DNA of 64,000 bases from an uncultured Lachnospiraceae bacterium (GTDB taxonomy: Bacteria > Bacillota > Clostridia > Lachnospirales > Lachnospiraceae): the NCBI GenBank assembly GCA_949840915.1, contig CATKXY010000011.1:39192-103191 (forward strand), read 5' to 3'. The notes beneath the pieces were generated by a model. It did no database searches and was not told where the DNA came from. It saw only the letters and a program-made list of their open reading frames with translations. The translations under genes were made by a program, and so were the position numbers. Below, piece after piece: positions 28,648 through 40,613 of the stretch (position 1 is the first letter of the stretch; every line of letters begins with the position of its first letter).

Positions 28648-31600
28648 TCATTTTAATCTAACGGTGATCATCACTGTCCTGCGCACGGTAGTCGGCACGC
28701 CATAACCATTGTCGCCGTAAACAGCCGTGTAGGTCACATAACCTTTCTGATCATTCTTATCGGCCTTTAGAGCAGCGATCTGTTCTGCCGTCAACCCCGC
28801 TTTCAGGACAAGTTTTCCATCCTTCAGCTCAAAATACCGAAGGAAGTTATTCTCCTTCCCCTTCACATTCATACCCATCAGGGTATCGAAGGTCACGGAT
28901 TTCAGATTGCTTCCCTTGCCGGAGAGGACGGCTGCCGAGCCTGCATCCGCTTTCATCGTATATGTGGTCTGGGGCTTATAGGAACCCTTCACCGCCTTGG
29001 GCTTCTGAACCTTCAGTGTGATATTCACCGGTTTGGAAGCCGCCTCATAGACGCCCGCCGCAGATTTCACGGGAGTGAGGGTCAGCTTATAGCTCCCCGC
29101 GGGGACATTGCCTCCGTCAAAAGTCAGCTCAAACGCTCCGTTTTTCACGACTGCCACCTGCCACATCTGATCACAGGCATTCTCCAGGGCAGAATAGCTC
29201 TTGCTGTTCTTTTGCTCAGACAACTTATCCGCCTCCACCAAAACGCCGTCATAGCCGGAGCCGATCTCATAGATCATCTTGCGTCCTTCCGCCGCGCCGG
29301 CCTTCAGCTTGGCAGCCGTACCCACTTTCACCTTGATCTTGGGTGCTTTGGCAGTGGAATATCCGGTATTGGTTATCACATAAGCAGTGCTTACCTTGTG
29401 ATCCTTATCGGTCAGCGTCACCGTGGCTTTGTCCGAGGTCACCACCACTTGATACTGACCATGCTTTGCGTCTCCGGTAAGAAGTTTACCGCCCTTTACT
29501 TTTACCGTGTGATTGGTATAGCCGGGCACATTCTTCCATGGAGCGCTGCCGGTCTGCTCCATCAGCTGCAGATTGACAACCGTGTTGACAGAGCCCTTAA
29601 ATGTCAAGGCCGTCTTATTGTCCACGGCGGGATCATTGAGAACCGTATTATCGGCGTAAACGCCAAAGGCCAATCGGTCGGGCTTCGCATACTGAACGGA
29701 AAGCTTGACGGATGTGCTCTTTTTACTGCCGTCCTTCGCAGTCACAGTCAGCTTTACATTCTTTGCAATCTTAGATACGCTTAACGCCAGTGAGCCATTG
29801 TCATTCCTCACATTCAAGGCCTTCGGCGAGGAAGACTTTACGGTGAAAAGGGACGGATCGATCCTTGAGCTCTGCAGTTCCGCAAGACTGTAGGATTCTT
29901 TGACCTCCGCATCCTTGCTCAGAGCGATGAGCTCTCCGCTTTCCAGCTTATCCGAAGTCACTGTGCTGCCATCCTTCGCCACTACCTCATAACGAGATGT
30001 CTCCTCATTCTTCGTGACGATGATAAGGCTTCCAAAATCCTCCATGGGAGCTGATGTAATCGTTATCACGGGAGAGACTGCACTGGTCCGGTTTCCCTTG
30101 AAATCAGCAGCCTGAGCTTTCACGCAGAAATTATATTCCGCATCCTCATCGGCACTCAAAGTCTTTGCGACAGAAACCGTTCCGTTCTTCACAGTCACTT
30201 TGCCGTACATCGGATTCTCCGTATCGAGTGCCATACCGTCCACATCCACAATACTCCAGCTTACCTTCTTTGTCTTGGCAGCCGTATCAAACGCGTTGCA
30301 GACTGCAGTGGTCTTCACCTTCGCCGGCTTGCCGGCCTGTCTGTAGATGCGCTGTGTGGGCACATCAAGGCGCAGAGTCTCGATTCCCTTGACTACCGTG
30401 ATGACAAAATTCACGGGTTTCTGATACATTGTCTCAGGTCCCACAGGTATGATCTCAATGGTATGTTTGCCCAGTGATGTGCCGGAGAAAGCGCTGACAT
30501 ACAGCCTGTCATCCGCCACATAGACCGACAGTTTCTCATCCTCAGAACAATCGGTGATATCAGCAGCTACGGCTCCCGTACAGGCAGCGTTGACGTCATA
30601 GGTCAGACCGGCCGCAGCCAGATCCTGCTGTGTAGTGTAGATCGTAGAGCTCAGCTTCTTCACTCCCACCTTGACAGAAAAGCTGGGATCCTTGGTAGAG
30701 AACTCCTGTGTCTGCGCACTCTGGCTTCTATAGAGTATCTGCGCATTTTCACTCTCAGGCACAAGAGGCGTCTTGTCTCCGGTCTGGACCAGAGTGACCT
30801 TTAACTCATAGTCCCACTTCTGTCCCTTTCCGGACGGAGCATGATTCACGATAATCCTTGCTTTTTGGACAAATGCCGGAGTCTTGGTCGATTCTCCTTC
30901 ATCCCCGGATTCCTCAGGCAGCTCTCTGAGCACATAAACAGGCTGTTCTGTGGCCGCCTTGATGGACGCAGGTATCTCACTCCCATCCGCCGCTTTGGGG
31001 GTCACCTCGATTCGGTAGTATTGACTGCCCCGGATACAGCCGCCTATCTCATCCGCTCCCTGAAAGGCCACAGTCAGGCTGATATCATCAGAACTGACCA
31101 GACTCACCTGAGGCGTAAAACTCTTAAGCGCTGTGGGCTCACCGGCGATAATATCAATGGAACCGCCCCGGATATAATAATCCGCTTCCCCCGGTTCACA
31201 ATCCCTGCGGTATAATTTCACAACAGCAAGCTTCTGACCTACCGGAGCCTTGGAGCTTACAGTCACATTGAGCCTGCCCGTTCCGGTGCTGCCCACAAAG
31301 TCTGCCGTCAAAAGCTCACTGGCCATTCCCGGCTCCATCACGACCTCCGCGCCGATTCCCGTGGTTCCTGCACTGACAGGACTTGCAGTCACAGTGTATA
31401 CGCTTCTGGCATCCACGGTACAGGTTTCCGGACCCTTGACAGTGACAGACTCAAGGGTTTCAACAATCCTGCACTGCAGAGCGGCATTAATCTGAAGGCT
31501 GCTGCCTGCCGTAACGGTACCAGTCAATTTCAATGTACTCTTTATGCCGTTCTTTACAATGCCCATAGTCTCCAAAAGAACTCTGGTATCATCTTCGGGG

Positions 31601-33942
31601 TCAATCCGTGCACTCAACGCCTTCCCGCTGACCACAGGCGCGTCCAGTTTAGCCGCGCGCTTGCCGCAATAGAGTCTGACGCTGTATGCCTTCCCCTGGT
31701 ACAGATCGTACATTCCGGCATCGGGAAGAGCCTCTTCACGCTCTCCCTTTATCAGTGACAATACCGCATAGGTCTCACCTTTTGTCTCAACCGTGACAGC
31801 CACATTGTCCTCTACTGCGATGGCGCCCGTCCATGTAGTTTTATCCGTCTCATGAACGAGACCATCGATCTGCACGTTCTGAATCGTATATCGCTCACCC
31901 GCCGCTGCCGTAAGACTCAGGATACTTCCCACAGGTACCTGATAGACGGCTGTACGCATTCCGAAATCATCTGTATTCTCTATGGTTGCCGGAATCTCTC
32001 TTCCGTCTGCTCTGGCAGTGATACTTACCAGAGCCAGACTGTCATAGCTTATATAGACGTCTTTCTTCTCTGCCGTAATCTCTTCCGTAACAATCTTCAG
32101 CTTCCGGTCTTCCGCTGCTGTCACCTCATACCAGGACAGACCGCTTTCATCCGTTTGAGCCTCCAACGCACCCGCAGCATCCTCCGTGGCAGACACATAG
32201 ACCACGCGATATCCCTCCCGGGGCGCTACACGAAAGCGTACTCCGGCATCCTTGGGCACTATCATCTCCGCGGAACCAAGCTTCTCTGCAGCCCCTCCGT
32301 CCACAGACACATAAATATCCGCGTGCGGTGCATCAAAAGTCAGCTTCCTGGAAGCATTCTCCATTGTGCCGGAGGTGATTCCCACGGCTTTTACCTCCCC
32401 GCTTGCCATAAAGTCAAACTTACCCGTGGCCGTCTGTCCCGCCGTTCCCTCCAATGTAATCTTCTGCAACTCCTGCCGAACGTCAACATAATACTCATAG
32501 TATTCACCCTGCTCGTCGTACCCGTCGCACAATTCCCGGACGATCTGATAGATCGTATAGGTTCTTCCGGCCGTACCGCTGAAGGTAAGTTCAACACCCG
32601 TATCATGGTAGATGCCCATGGACTTCTTGTTCTCCGCAAAGGTCGCCTGCGTACCGGTCTCGGCAAAGTCTTCCTGATTATCCGTAAAGAAAAGCTGCTC
32701 CACCTTCACATCCGCATCGCACACAAAAGAAATCGTGTGAGGCGGAACGATTCCCGTGATCACCATATCCTGTTCGGGTGTAATGCAAAAGACCCGGAGA
32801 CCGTCAAGTCCGGTCCGCCCTACGATCTCCATCTCCCCGCTCTCATCTCCGGTGGTAGTCAGATACCATCTGCCGGTATAATCAACCGTATACCCCATTG
32901 ACCCGTCCAGTGTGACATAAAAATAAACAGGCTCCCCCTTGATCAGCTTCGTGGTACCGCCATACCATATATCATCATAGCTGACTTCAAAGGGCGATTC
33001 CCCCTCGTCCTCATTATATTCATCCGGATTCAATTTTATCGCTCTACCGATTTCCATATAGACAGGTTTCTTCCATGTGATCGATACCTTATCTCCTGTG
33101 ACTATCTCAATTGCCGCATCACTAAAAACCCGTCCATAGCTATAGACAAAGCATCCGTCAGTGGATTCATCAATATCCTTTTCCAGCGTACCCTTGTCGT
33201 CTCCCTCTGTCCATTCCACCCGGGACACATAATACTCCGGTTTATATTTCACTTCAAAATCCAGATCATACTCATTAGTGATGGTAAATTCAGCACACCC
33301 AACAGCCGCGTCCGGATTGAGCGTTACAGGCACCACATCCTTGCCCTGGGTCTTTGTCACAGACATCTCAACCTGTTCGGGATTATAGCGAAAGCTCACC
33401 TTATGCTCTGCCACAGGCACGGCCGTAACCTCTATGGACGCATCCACCTGATAGCCGGGCTCCATGTTTTTATAATTTGTGGGGAACAGATCATAAAGGG
33501 CATTTTTGTAATTCTCCCCCAGCCGATGCCTCACTCTCACCGCTTTCTTGTCATATGAGACACGCCCAATCACATAGCCTTCATCTACCACGATCTTAAA
33601 AGGATGCATATCCTCGCTTCCCTTGAGCACACTGATCTTTGTAATCTCCTCCGTGCCCTCTTCATTGCAGATTCTCACATGTTCTCCGGGCTGGAAGGTA
33701 TAAGTCACATACTCCTCCGTTCCGGCAGGATCGTCTCCTGTCCCCGCGATAATGCCCTCCAGCTTTGTACTGTTGCCATGAAAAATGGCATCACCATCCG
33801 CCTTATCGGCCTCCGTGATGCCAGTACTTTCCTGTGCGGCCATGGCCTGCAGGTATGTCTGCGGCGTGGACGTCACCATCATGACAACAGCAAACAGAAT
33901 AGCTAAAACCCGATTGTGAAACCGTCTCAGTCCCATATTCAT
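28648..33942 (-). CDS. Large exported surface protein (1764 aa) built from divergent beta-sandwich modules
   Basis: Sec signal peptide (RRFHNRVLAILFAVVMM...AMA); V/T/Y-rich beta modules; acidic N-half and Lys-rich C-third. Confidence 0.75.
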   Translation of the reverse strand: MNMGLRRFHNRVLAILFAVVMMVTSTPQTYLQAMAAQESTGITEADKADGDAIFHGNSTKLEGIIAGTGDDPAGTEEYVTYTFQPGEHVRICNEEGTEEITKISVLKGSEDMHPFKIVVDEGYVIGRVSYDKKAVRVRHRLGENYKNALYDLFPTNYKNMEPGYQVDASIEVTAVPVAEHKVSFRYNPEQVEMSVTKTQGKDVVPVTLNPDAAVGCAEFTITNEYDLDFEVKYKPEYYVSRVEWTEGDDKGTLEKDIDESTDGCFVYSYGRVFSDAAIEIVTGDKVSITWKKPVYMEIGRAIKLNPDEYNEDEGESPFEVSYDDIWYGGTTKLIKGEPVYFYVTLDGSMGYTVDYTGRWYLTTTGDESGEMEIVGRTGLDGLRVFCITPEQDMVITGIVPPHTISFVCDADVKVEQLFFTDNQEDFAETGTQATFAENKKSMGIYHDTGVELTFSGTAGRTYTIYQIVRELCDGYDEQGEYYEYYVDVRQELQKITLEGTAGQTATGKFDFMASGEVKAVGITSGTMENASRKLTFDAPHADIYVSVDGGAAEKLGSAEMIVPKDAGVRFRVAPREGYRVVYVSATEDAAGALEAQTDESGLSWYEVTAAEDRKLKIVTEEITAEKKDVYISYDSLALVSITARADGREIPATIENTDDFGMRTAVYQVPVGSILSLTAAAGERYTIQNVQIDGLVHETDKTTWTGAIAVEDNVAVTVETKGETYAVLSLIKGEREEALPDAGMYDLYQGKAYSVRLYCGKRAAKLDAPVVSGKALSARIDPEDDTRVLLETMGIVKNGIKSTLKLTGTVTAGSSLQINAALQCRIVETLESVTVKGPETCTVDARSVYTVTASPVSAGTTGIGAEVVMEPGMASELLTADFVGSTGTGRLNVTVSSKAPVGQKLAVVKLYRRDCEPGEADYYIRGGSIDIIAGEPTALKSFTPQVSLVSSDDISLTVAFQGADEIGGCIRGSQYYRIEVTPKAADGSEIPASIKAATEQPVYVLRELPEESGDEGESTKTPAFVQKARIIVNHAPSGKGQKWDYELKVTLVQTGDKTPLVPESENAQILYRSQSAQTQEFSTKDPSFSVKVGVKKLSSTIYTTQQDLAAAGLTYDVNAACTGAVAADITDCSEDEKLSVYVADDRLYVSAFSGTSLGKHTIEIIPVGPETMYQKPVNFVITVVKGIETLRLDVPTQRIYRQAGKPAKVKTTAVCNAFDTAAKTKKVSWSIVDVDGMALDTENPMYGKVTVKNGTVSVAKTLSADEDAEYNFCVKAQAADFKGNRTSAVSPVITITSAPMEDFGSLIIVTKNEETSRYEVVAKDGSTVTSDKLESGELIALSKDAEVKESYSLAELQSSRIDPSLFTVKSSSPKALNVRNDNGSLALSVSKIAKNVKLTVTAKDGSKKSTSVKLSVQYAKPDRLAFGVYADNTVLNDPAVDNKTALTFKGSVNTVVNLQLMEQTGSAPWKNVPGYTNHTVKVKGGKLLTGDAKHGQYQVVVTSDKATVTLTDKDHKVSTAYVITNTGYSTAKAPKIKVKVGTAAKLKAGAAEGRKMIYEIGSGYDGVLVEADKLSEQKNSKSYSALENACDQMWQVAVVKNGAFELTFDGGNVPAGSYKLTLTPVKSAAGVYEAASKPVNITLKVQKPKAVKGSYKPQTTYTMKADAGSAAVLSGKGSNLKSVTFDTLMGMNVKGKENNFLRYFELKDGKLVLKAGLTAEQIAALKADKNDQKGYVTYTAVYGDNGYGVPTTVRRTVMITVRLK

Positions 33943-34051
33943 GCTTTCTCCTCCATTTGCTCATAATCCGTCATGTAACTTATAAATATTGATTACTAAT
34001 CATTTTATCACCGACCGGATTATGCGTCAAATAAGGACTTCTTTGTATTTT

Positions 34052-35440
34052 TTATGCCTGATCCGATTCCGTTCGCTCCCGCGCCCTGTCTATGTGCTGA
34101 AGAAAGATTCTGCTCAGCACAATAGACACCAGAAAGGACAGTACAAACGACACCGGCTGTGCCTCCTGAATGCCGGCCATGCCTCTCGTATGCGCCAGCA
34201 GAAGCAATACCGGAATAAAGATCAGGCCACTCCGGAGAGAAGAGGAGAAGGATGCCAGCAGTCTCTGTCCCGTACTCTGGAATCCCATCTCTGTCACCAT
34301 TGTAAGTGGCACCCCGATCAAAGTGGCGCTCTGCAGGCGGAGGGCACGCACCGCGTAGTCAACCACCTGTAAATCATCGCGAAACAGCCGCACAAAAGGC
34401 TCTGCGAACACAAACACCGGTATCACCGTCAGCACCAGCAGGATCTCGGCCAGAATCCATGTAAACCAGAAAGCTTTCTTCACACGGTCATATTTGCGCG
34501 CGCCAAAGTTGAAGCTGCTCACAGGCTGGAAGCCCTGGCCGATACCGATGGCCAGCGCCATCACAAAAAAGGCAATGCGTGAGACAATACTCATAGCCGC
34601 CACTGCGGCATCCCCATAGACCGCAGCGCTGCCGTTGAGCAGGATCGTGGCCACACTGTTCAACACCTGCCGCAGCAAACTCGGGAAACCCGTGGCCGCC
34701 ACATTCCCCGCTGTCTTCAGGTGGATATCCACACAGGAAATACGGATCCTGGTCTGCGTCCTCCCCGTCAGAAACATACTCAAAAGAATCAGAAAGCTGA
34801 TGGTCTGCGACACCGCAGTGGAGATCCCCGCACCATGAATACCCAGATCAAAGCCAAAGATCAGGACCGCGTCTCCGGCAATATTGAGCACCGCCCCCGT
34901 CATCAGACCGCACATACCGAGCTTGGCCCGCCCTTCATAGCGCAGCAGATTATTCAGCGTCAGACTGGCTGTCATAAACGGCGCCGCCAGAAGTATCCAT
35001 AAAATATAGTCTTTGGCATAAGGCGCAATGGTAACGGTACTCCCCAATGCATACACCAGCGGATCCAGCAGAAAAAAACTGCATATACCGATCATCGCCC
35101 CCAGAAACAGAGACATGAAAAAGCCTGTAGAAGTATACCTTGTAGCCCCCTCTATATCCTTATTGCCCAGACTGCGGGACATAATACTCCCGGCGCCCTG
35201 TCCGCACATAAATCCCACCGCCTGCAGAATGGACATGAAGCCAAACACCACTCCCACCGCTCCGCTGGCGCTGTTTCCCAACGTCCCCACAAACGCAGTG
35301 TCCACTACATTATACACATTTGTCACCATCATGCTGATCACGGTGGGAACTGCCAGCGTGGCCACCAGCTTCGGAATAGGTGTCTCCGTCATTTTTATGT
35401 ACTGCCGATTCTGCTGATCTAAAGCCTGTTCCATAATCAT
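34052..35440 (-). CDS. MATE efflux transporter
   Basis: YNVVDTAFVG, NIAGDAVLI, about 12 TM helices. Confidence 0.92.
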   Translation of the reverse strand: MIMEQALDQQNRQYIKMTETPIPKLVATLAVPTVISMMVTNVYNVVDTAFVGTLGNSASGAVGVVFGFMSILQAVGFMCGQGAGSIMSRSLGNKDIEGATRYTSTGFFMSLFLGAMIGICSFFLLDPLVYALGSTVTIAPYAKDYILWILLAAPFMTASLTLNNLLRYEGRAKLGMCGLMTGAVLNIAGDAVLIFGFDLGIHGAGISTAVSQTISFLILLSMFLTGRTQTRIRISCVDIHLKTAGNVAATGFPSLLRQVLNSVATILLNGSAAVYGDAAVAAMSIVSRIAFFVMALAIGIGQGFQPVSSFNFGARKYDRVKKAFWFTWILAEILLVLTVIPVFVFAEPFVRLFRDDLQVVDYAVRALRLQSATLIGVPLTMVTEMGFQSTGQRLLASFSSSLRSGLIFIPVLLLLAHTRGMAGIQEAQPVSFVLSFLVSIVLSRIFLQHIDRARERTESDQA

Positions 35441-35473
35441 TTCTCCTTCATTCCCGATCCATCCATATTATAT

Positions 35474-35508
35474 TCGGGCTGAAAGCCCCAAAGGAGCCTT
35501 CAGCCCGA
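35474..35508 (-). terminator. Hairpin after the DctP-MCP-MCP unit
   Basis: TCGGGCTGAA...TTCAGCCCGA. Confidence 0.6.
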
Positions 35509-35544
35509 TATTTACGGATCCTATCCAAAAGCAGTCAAAATCTT

Positions 35545-37239
35545 TTATCTTCTTCGTCTCTGCCCGCGAAGCTGAAACCTCTGCACGGAGTTCTTTAACT
35601 CCTCCGCCTGATTCTCCAGCTCTCTGGCCGATGCCGCGGATTCCTCTGCATTGGCGGCATTACTCTGTACCACCTGAGAGATCTGCGACATTCCCTGTGT
35701 CACCTGATCCAGCGACTGCGCCTGCTGCCTTGCAGACTCGGCAATCCGGTCTACCACATTCGCCGTCTTCTGACCACTGGCCACCACCGCGGCAAGAGCC
35801 TCTGTGGTCTCTGCAGATAAGGTTGTTCCGTATTTCACGAGCTTCATGGAATTCTCGATCAGTTCCGTGATACTCTTAGCCGATGCATTGCTCTTGTTGG
35901 CCAGATTCTGCACTTCACCCGCCACAACGGCAAATCCCTTTCCGGCCTCACCGGCACGGGCCGCCTCCACAGCCGCATTGAGCGCAAGAATATTGGTCTG
36001 GAAGGAGATATCCTCAATTGTCTTAATGATTCCGCCAATCTCATGAGAAGCTTTGGAGATGTCTTCTATAGCGACGGTCAGATCTCCCATCCTTTCATTA
36101 CAGCGCATCAGATGTCCGATAGCCTCCGCCGAATAGCTCTGAGCATTGTCCGCATCCAGCGATGTACTTCCCACCTGTCTCGAAATGTCTTGAACGCTGG
36201 CCGTCAGCTCCTCCACAGCCGCCGCCTGCTCCACGGTACCGCTGGACATGGACTGTGCCCCGGCAGCCACTTTTCTGGACTCTGCCAGCACCTGCTCCGC
36301 TGTAGTATCAATACGGGAAAGAGCTTTGTTGAGCGCATCCAGAATCTGTGCCATAGCTTTCTGAATCGGCCGGAACTCTCCCCGGTAATCGTCTCCCACA
36401 TCCAGATCCATATTGCCCTCTGCCATCTGTGACAGCTTATCGTCGATATCGTGGATATACCGCTTCAACTCATGCTTCGTCTCATGAATGGACTGCACCA
36501 GCATACCGATTTCCGAAGTATCCCCCTCCAGAGTGAAGTCTGCCGAGAGATTGCCCTGTGAGATCTCCTTCATCTGGTCGCGCACACTGACCACGGGACG
36601 CAGCACTCTTTTTCTCACTACGATCATGCTGGACAGCTGTAAAACCGCCACCAGTGCCAAAGCTGCAAACATTCTGATCTTGATGGCATTCTCCTCGCGA
36701 ACCACCTCTGCCACCTGGGCGGAAGTCCTCTGATCCAGATCTGCCAGAAACTCCTCCTTGATGGAATTGATCTTGGCGATGGAAGTGCTGTATTCCAATC
36801 CATACACATAATTGATAGCACTGGTGCTGTCACCGGCGGCAACCTGATTCATTGCCTCCTCCTCCAACGGAACCAGCTTGTTGGAAATGGAGGACATCTC
36901 GTCGATCAACGCCTGCTCCTCCGCAGTGATCCCGATCTCCTGCATGGCGGCTACTCCCTGATCCCTGTTTTTGAGCTGATTGATCTCATTCCAATAATTA
37001 TCATAATGCTGTTTGTCGCCGGTGGCAGCATAGGCTCTCACCTCATTGGTAAGATAGGCGGAGCCGTTCATAAAGCGATTGGCATTATAAGTCAGATCGA
37101 ACCTCTCTGCATTGGCCGTGTTGATCTGCTCGCTCATCTTACTGTAGGAGAACAGTGAGAGCAGAAGAAACAGTAATGCAAGAATCGAGATTCCGTTTAA
37201 AATCAGTGTCATCATGGATTGGTTCATTGCTTTTTTCAA
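35545..37239 (-). CDS. Methyl-accepting chemotaxis protein (helical-bundle sensor, tandem HAMP)
   Basis: TM-sensor-TM, [27 protein letters not shown]. Confidence 0.95.
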   Translation of the reverse strand: MKKAMNQSMMTLILNGISILALLFLLLSLFSYSKMSEQINTANAERFDLTYNANRFMNGSAYLTNEVRAYAATGDKQHYDNYWNEINQLKNRDQGVAAMQEIGITAEEQALIDEMSSISNKLVPLEEEAMNQVAAGDSTSAINYVYGLEYSTSIAKINSIKEEFLADLDQRTSAQVAEVVREENAIKIRMFAALALVAVLQLSSMIVVRKRVLRPVVSVRDQMKEISQGNLSADFTLEGDTSEIGMLVQSIHETKHELKRYIHDIDDKLSQMAEGNMDLDVGDDYRGEFRPIQKAMAQILDALNKALSRIDTTAEQVLAESRKVAAGAQSMSSGTVEQAAAVEELTASVQDISRQVGSTSLDADNAQSYSAEAIGHLMRCNERMGDLTVAIEDISKASHEIGGIIKTIEDISFQTNILALNAAVEAARAGEAGKGFAVVAGEVQNLANKSNASAKSITELIENSMKLVKYGTTLSAETTEALAAVVASGQKTANVVDRIAESARQQAQSLDQVTQGMSQISQVVQSNAANAEESAASARELENQAEELKNSVQRFQLRGQRRRR

Positions 37240-37293
37240 TTAGGTTACTCCTTTCAATGACTGTCTGGTTAATCATTTGTCAATGTGTATCAT

Positions 37294-39411
37294 TTAAATC
37301 TTGAATGCATTCACCGCCTGTGTGAGCTCCTTCGCTTTATCCTGCAGCTCCATAGTAGACTGATTCAGATTGTCCATCATTGTCATCTGCTCCTTGAGAG
37401 ACTCGTTGACTGTGGACACCGAAGCCGCCGTTTCCTCAGATACGGCCGATATGCTCTCAATAGCCGCCAGCGTATCGTTCCTGTGTCGCTCCATGCTCTC
37501 AATGATAGATTCCAGAGAGGTGATTTCATCGATCAGATTCTTCAGATAACTGTTCATATCACCAAAGACATGAATGGTATCGTTCACCGCCTCGGACTGC
37601 TTAGACACGATCACCTCTGCCTGAGCCGCCACCTTAACCGTATCGTTGGCATAGCCCGCAATCTGCTCCATCACGCTGCGGATCTGTCTGGCCGCCTCGA
37701 TGGTGCCGTCCGACAGCGAACTCACCGACTGGGCGACCACAGCAAAGCCTCTTCCGGCCTCACCGGCCCGGGCAGCTTCAATGGAGGCATTCAGCGCCAG
37801 CAGATTCGTCTCATTGGCAATATCATTGATGGTCTCCACAAATTTCTCAACTTCGGAGAGACTTCCCTCGAGATTTTTGATATTGGTAGTCACATTCTTA
37901 GTAATGTTGGTAGTGTCGGCGGACTTATCCGTCAGATCATCCATGGTTGCCATACCGCCCTCAATGATTCCCTTGGTGCTGCCGGTGATGCTTCCCATCC
38001 GCTGCACCGTCTCCACGGCTCTGGTGATCCGCCGGGACAGCTCATCCATCTGAACCAGACAGTTCTGCGCATCCTCCGCCTGACGGCTCACGCCCTTATC
38101 CATCTCATCCACCGCATTGGATATCTGATTGTTAGAGCTTGTGAGCACACCGGACACCTCGGACAGATTCGTGGTAGAGACGGAAACATTCTCGGTAGTC
38201 TTTAAAACCTGCACGATGAGATTTCTGGAATTCCTGATCATATTGGCGATACTGCGCACCAGAAGCCTGAACTCGTCTGTTCTTCCCCGCACGCTCACGG
38301 TCAGGTCTCCCCCGGACACGATCTCCAGCTTATTGCTGATCTGTCTGATGGTGGAAGCGATGCCGACGATGATCAGCACACCTGCAGCAATGGCGATCAG
38401 CCAGGAGACAAGCACCATAAAAATCGTGACATTCTTGATGGAATCGGCTCCCGCATTCACCAGACTCACCGGCACCATGGCACAGATCGCGGAACCGTTG
38501 CGATAGCTCTTACTCACCATAAACAGATACTGCCGGTTATTATATGTAACATAGTCGATGACGGTTGCCGCATCGTCAGCCATGGCCTCCGTATAATAAG
38601 ACTGTTTGGAAAAAGAGAAATCACCTCCGTCCGTGACCTCGCCGTCCTTCAGCAGCAGTTCTCTGCCGTCCGCCGTCACAAAAGCCGCGATACTCTCATC
38701 GCCAAGACTCAGATCCTGAAGGATGCCGGCAATCCGGTCGCTGCTGTAATCCACCACGATACACGCCCGTTTGGTAGTCATGGGGCGAATATAGGAACAT
38801 GCGTAACTGCCTGTTGAATAATTCTCATAATGCTCTGCCAGGACCTGATCGATATAATCGTGGGAACCCACCCAGCTCCCTTTCAGAGTCTCCAGACACA
38901 CGGCCTCATCCTTGCCGGCCAGTTCCCCATAAAAACCGGGAATCTCCGCCCGGTCATCATAGGTCGATATCACCTGCAGGCTGTCGCCCGGGATAATATA
39001 CATATTTGCCACAAACCCGTTGCCGCCCTGTTTTACATTCAGATCCACGGAGACGCTCTCCATGATCTCTTTTCTGGTCCACTCGTTATAGACCGAACCG
39101 GTGGCCCATCTCACAAGGTCTGTATCATAATATAACTGTTCGGACTCAGACACTGCCGATTCAAATCCAAAATCCAAATATTCAATGGCCATGGACATCG
39201 CCTTAGACATGGAATCCTCATAATTTTTCGTCATGCCCGAGGCCGCCAGCGAATAGGCCACGATTCCAATCACAATTGTGAATACCAGCGGGATGGCAAA
39301 GCCGATGATCAACTTCACCTTGATGCCTATCGCAAACTGGTCCTTTTCTCTGCCGGTATTGTCTGCCGCCGCATTACTCTCCTTTTTAGCCAAAATACCT
39401 TCCTCCTCCAT
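37294..39411 (-). CDS. Methyl-accepting chemotaxis protein with a dCache-sized extracellular domain
   Basis: About 270-aa extracellular region between TMs; [27 protein letters not shown]. Confidence 0.93.
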   Translation of the reverse strand: MEEEGILAKKESNAAADNTGREKDQFAIGIKVKLIIGFAIPLVFTIVIGIVAYSLAASGMTKNYEDSMSKAMSMAIEYLDFGFESAVSESEQLYYDTDLVRWATGSVYNEWTRKEIMESVSVDLNVKQGGNGFVANMYIIPGDSLQVISTYDDRAEIPGFYGELAGKDEAVCLETLKGSWVGSHDYIDQVLAEHYENYSTGSYACSYIRPMTTKRACIVVDYSSDRIAGILQDLSLGDESIAAFVTADGRELLLKDGEVTDGGDFSFSKQSYYTEAMADDAATVIDYVTYNNRQYLFMVSKSYRNGSAICAMVPVSLVNAGADSIKNVTIFMVLVSWLIAIAAGVLIIVGIASTIRQISNKLEIVSGGDLTVSVRGRTDEFRLLVRSIANMIRNSRNLIVQVLKTTENVSVSTTNLSEVSGVLTSSNNQISNAVDEMDKGVSRQAEDAQNCLVQMDELSRRITRAVETVQRMGSITGSTKGIIEGGMATMDDLTDKSADTTNITKNVTTNIKNLEGSLSEVEKFVETINDIANETNLLALNASIEAARAGEAGRGFAVVAQSVSSLSDGTIEAARQIRSVMEQIAGYANDTVKVAAQAEVIVSKQSEAVNDTIHVFGDMNSYLKNLIDEITSLESIIESMERHRNDTLAAIESISAVSEETAASVSTVNESLKEQMTMMDNLNQSTMELQDKAKELTQAVNAFKI

Positions 39412-39417
39412 AAGAAA

Positions 39418-40503
39418 TTACTGAGCTCTTCTGATCATTTCGAGATAAGGCCTGAGCCCGTTCTCGTCGGCATAGCTGTCCTGGATCGCAATGGCAGGCT
39501 CGCGGAAGGCCTCTATATCCATCTTCGCATAATCGGTTACCACTGCCCCCTCTGCAACGCATTGTTCCTTGGAGCTGTCCATCATCTCATAAGTCACTGA
39601 GCGCTCCTGCAGCGTGGCGGCAAGGGAGGCCGTCTCGATCCAATTCTTCTGTTCAACGGTGAGCCCGTCGTAGAAATCCCCATTCATAATAAACAGACGC
39701 GTCGTATAGTCATGATGCGTCTCGCAGATATATCTGCCATTGGCCGTAGTGTGATGCTCCTTCAGCATCAAATTGGTATAATCATTCTCCGCGGAATCCA
39801 CTTCCCCGCGGTTCAGGACGTCATACAGATCACCCCAGCCCACATTGACAGGCTGAGCACCCAGAGATGTCCAATACTCGGAAACGACTCCCGAGGTCTG
39901 GGTACGGATCGTGAGCTCCTGCACATCCGCCGGCGTAGTCACCGGTATCTTGCCGTAATAGTCTCTGACGCCGGCTGACCAGTAACCCATGATGCGATAT
40001 TGATTGCCGGTTTTCTCCAGGATCACATCCGCCATAGCCGATCCGAATTCTCCGTCCATAGCCGTCTCCCAGTGGCTGAAACCGCTGAACAGATAGAGCA
40101 GAGAGAGCATATTGACCTCCGAAACACCCGCTGAAGACATATTTCCGGGGGAGCATACCACCATCTGTACCTCACCGCTGTCCAACAGCTTGATGAGTTC
40201 TCCTTCATCCTCAGTCAGGCTCCCGTCGCTGCAGGTCACCTGGATCGTACCGCCCGAAAGCTCCTCGGCGACCTCTTTGAAGGTTTCCAGACCGAAATGA
40301 TAGGGATTATCCTGTGACGTTTGATTCGATGCGATCGTCAGCTGCAATACCGGCTTGTCCGCACTCTCTTCTGTACCGGAACTTTCTCTGGCGATGGAAC
40401 CGATCGTTCTCCTCTTGGATGCGCCCTGGCCGCCGCAGCCGCACAAGGAGCCTGCCAAAAGCCCGACGATCACCGTCAGAGCTAAAATTCTGCGAACTTT
40501 CAT
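39418..40503 (-). CDS. dctP: TRAP substrate-binding lipoprotein (DctP family) with no adjacent dctQ/dctM
   Basis: Lipobox SLCGC, ELSGGTIQV, LTIRTQ, GEVDSAEND. Confidence 0.85.
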   Translation of the reverse strand: MKVRRILALTVIVGLLAGSLCGCGGQGASKRRTIGSIARESSGTEESADKPVLQLTIASNQTSQDNPYHFGLETFKEVAEELSGGTIQVTCSDGSLTEDEGELIKLLDSGEVQMVVCSPGNMSSAGVSEVNMLSLLYLFSGFSHWETAMDGEFGSAMADVILEKTGNQYRIMGYWSAGVRDYYGKIPVTTPADVQELTIRTQTSGVVSEYWTSLGAQPVNVGWGDLYDVLNRGEVDSAENDYTNLMLKEHHTTANGRYICETHHDYTTRLFIMNGDFYDGLTVEQKNWIETASLAATLQERSVTYEMMDSSKEQCVAEGAVVTDYAKMDIEAFREPAIAIQDSYADENGLRPYLEMIRRAQ

Positions 40504-40613
40504 ATTCACTGTTCTCCCTCCTGCCTGTCGTATATACAAAATGACCTGTATACCGTTAGTTGACTGCATACATTATATCACTTTTTACAAATTACCACAA
40601 CAAAAAGAAGCGA

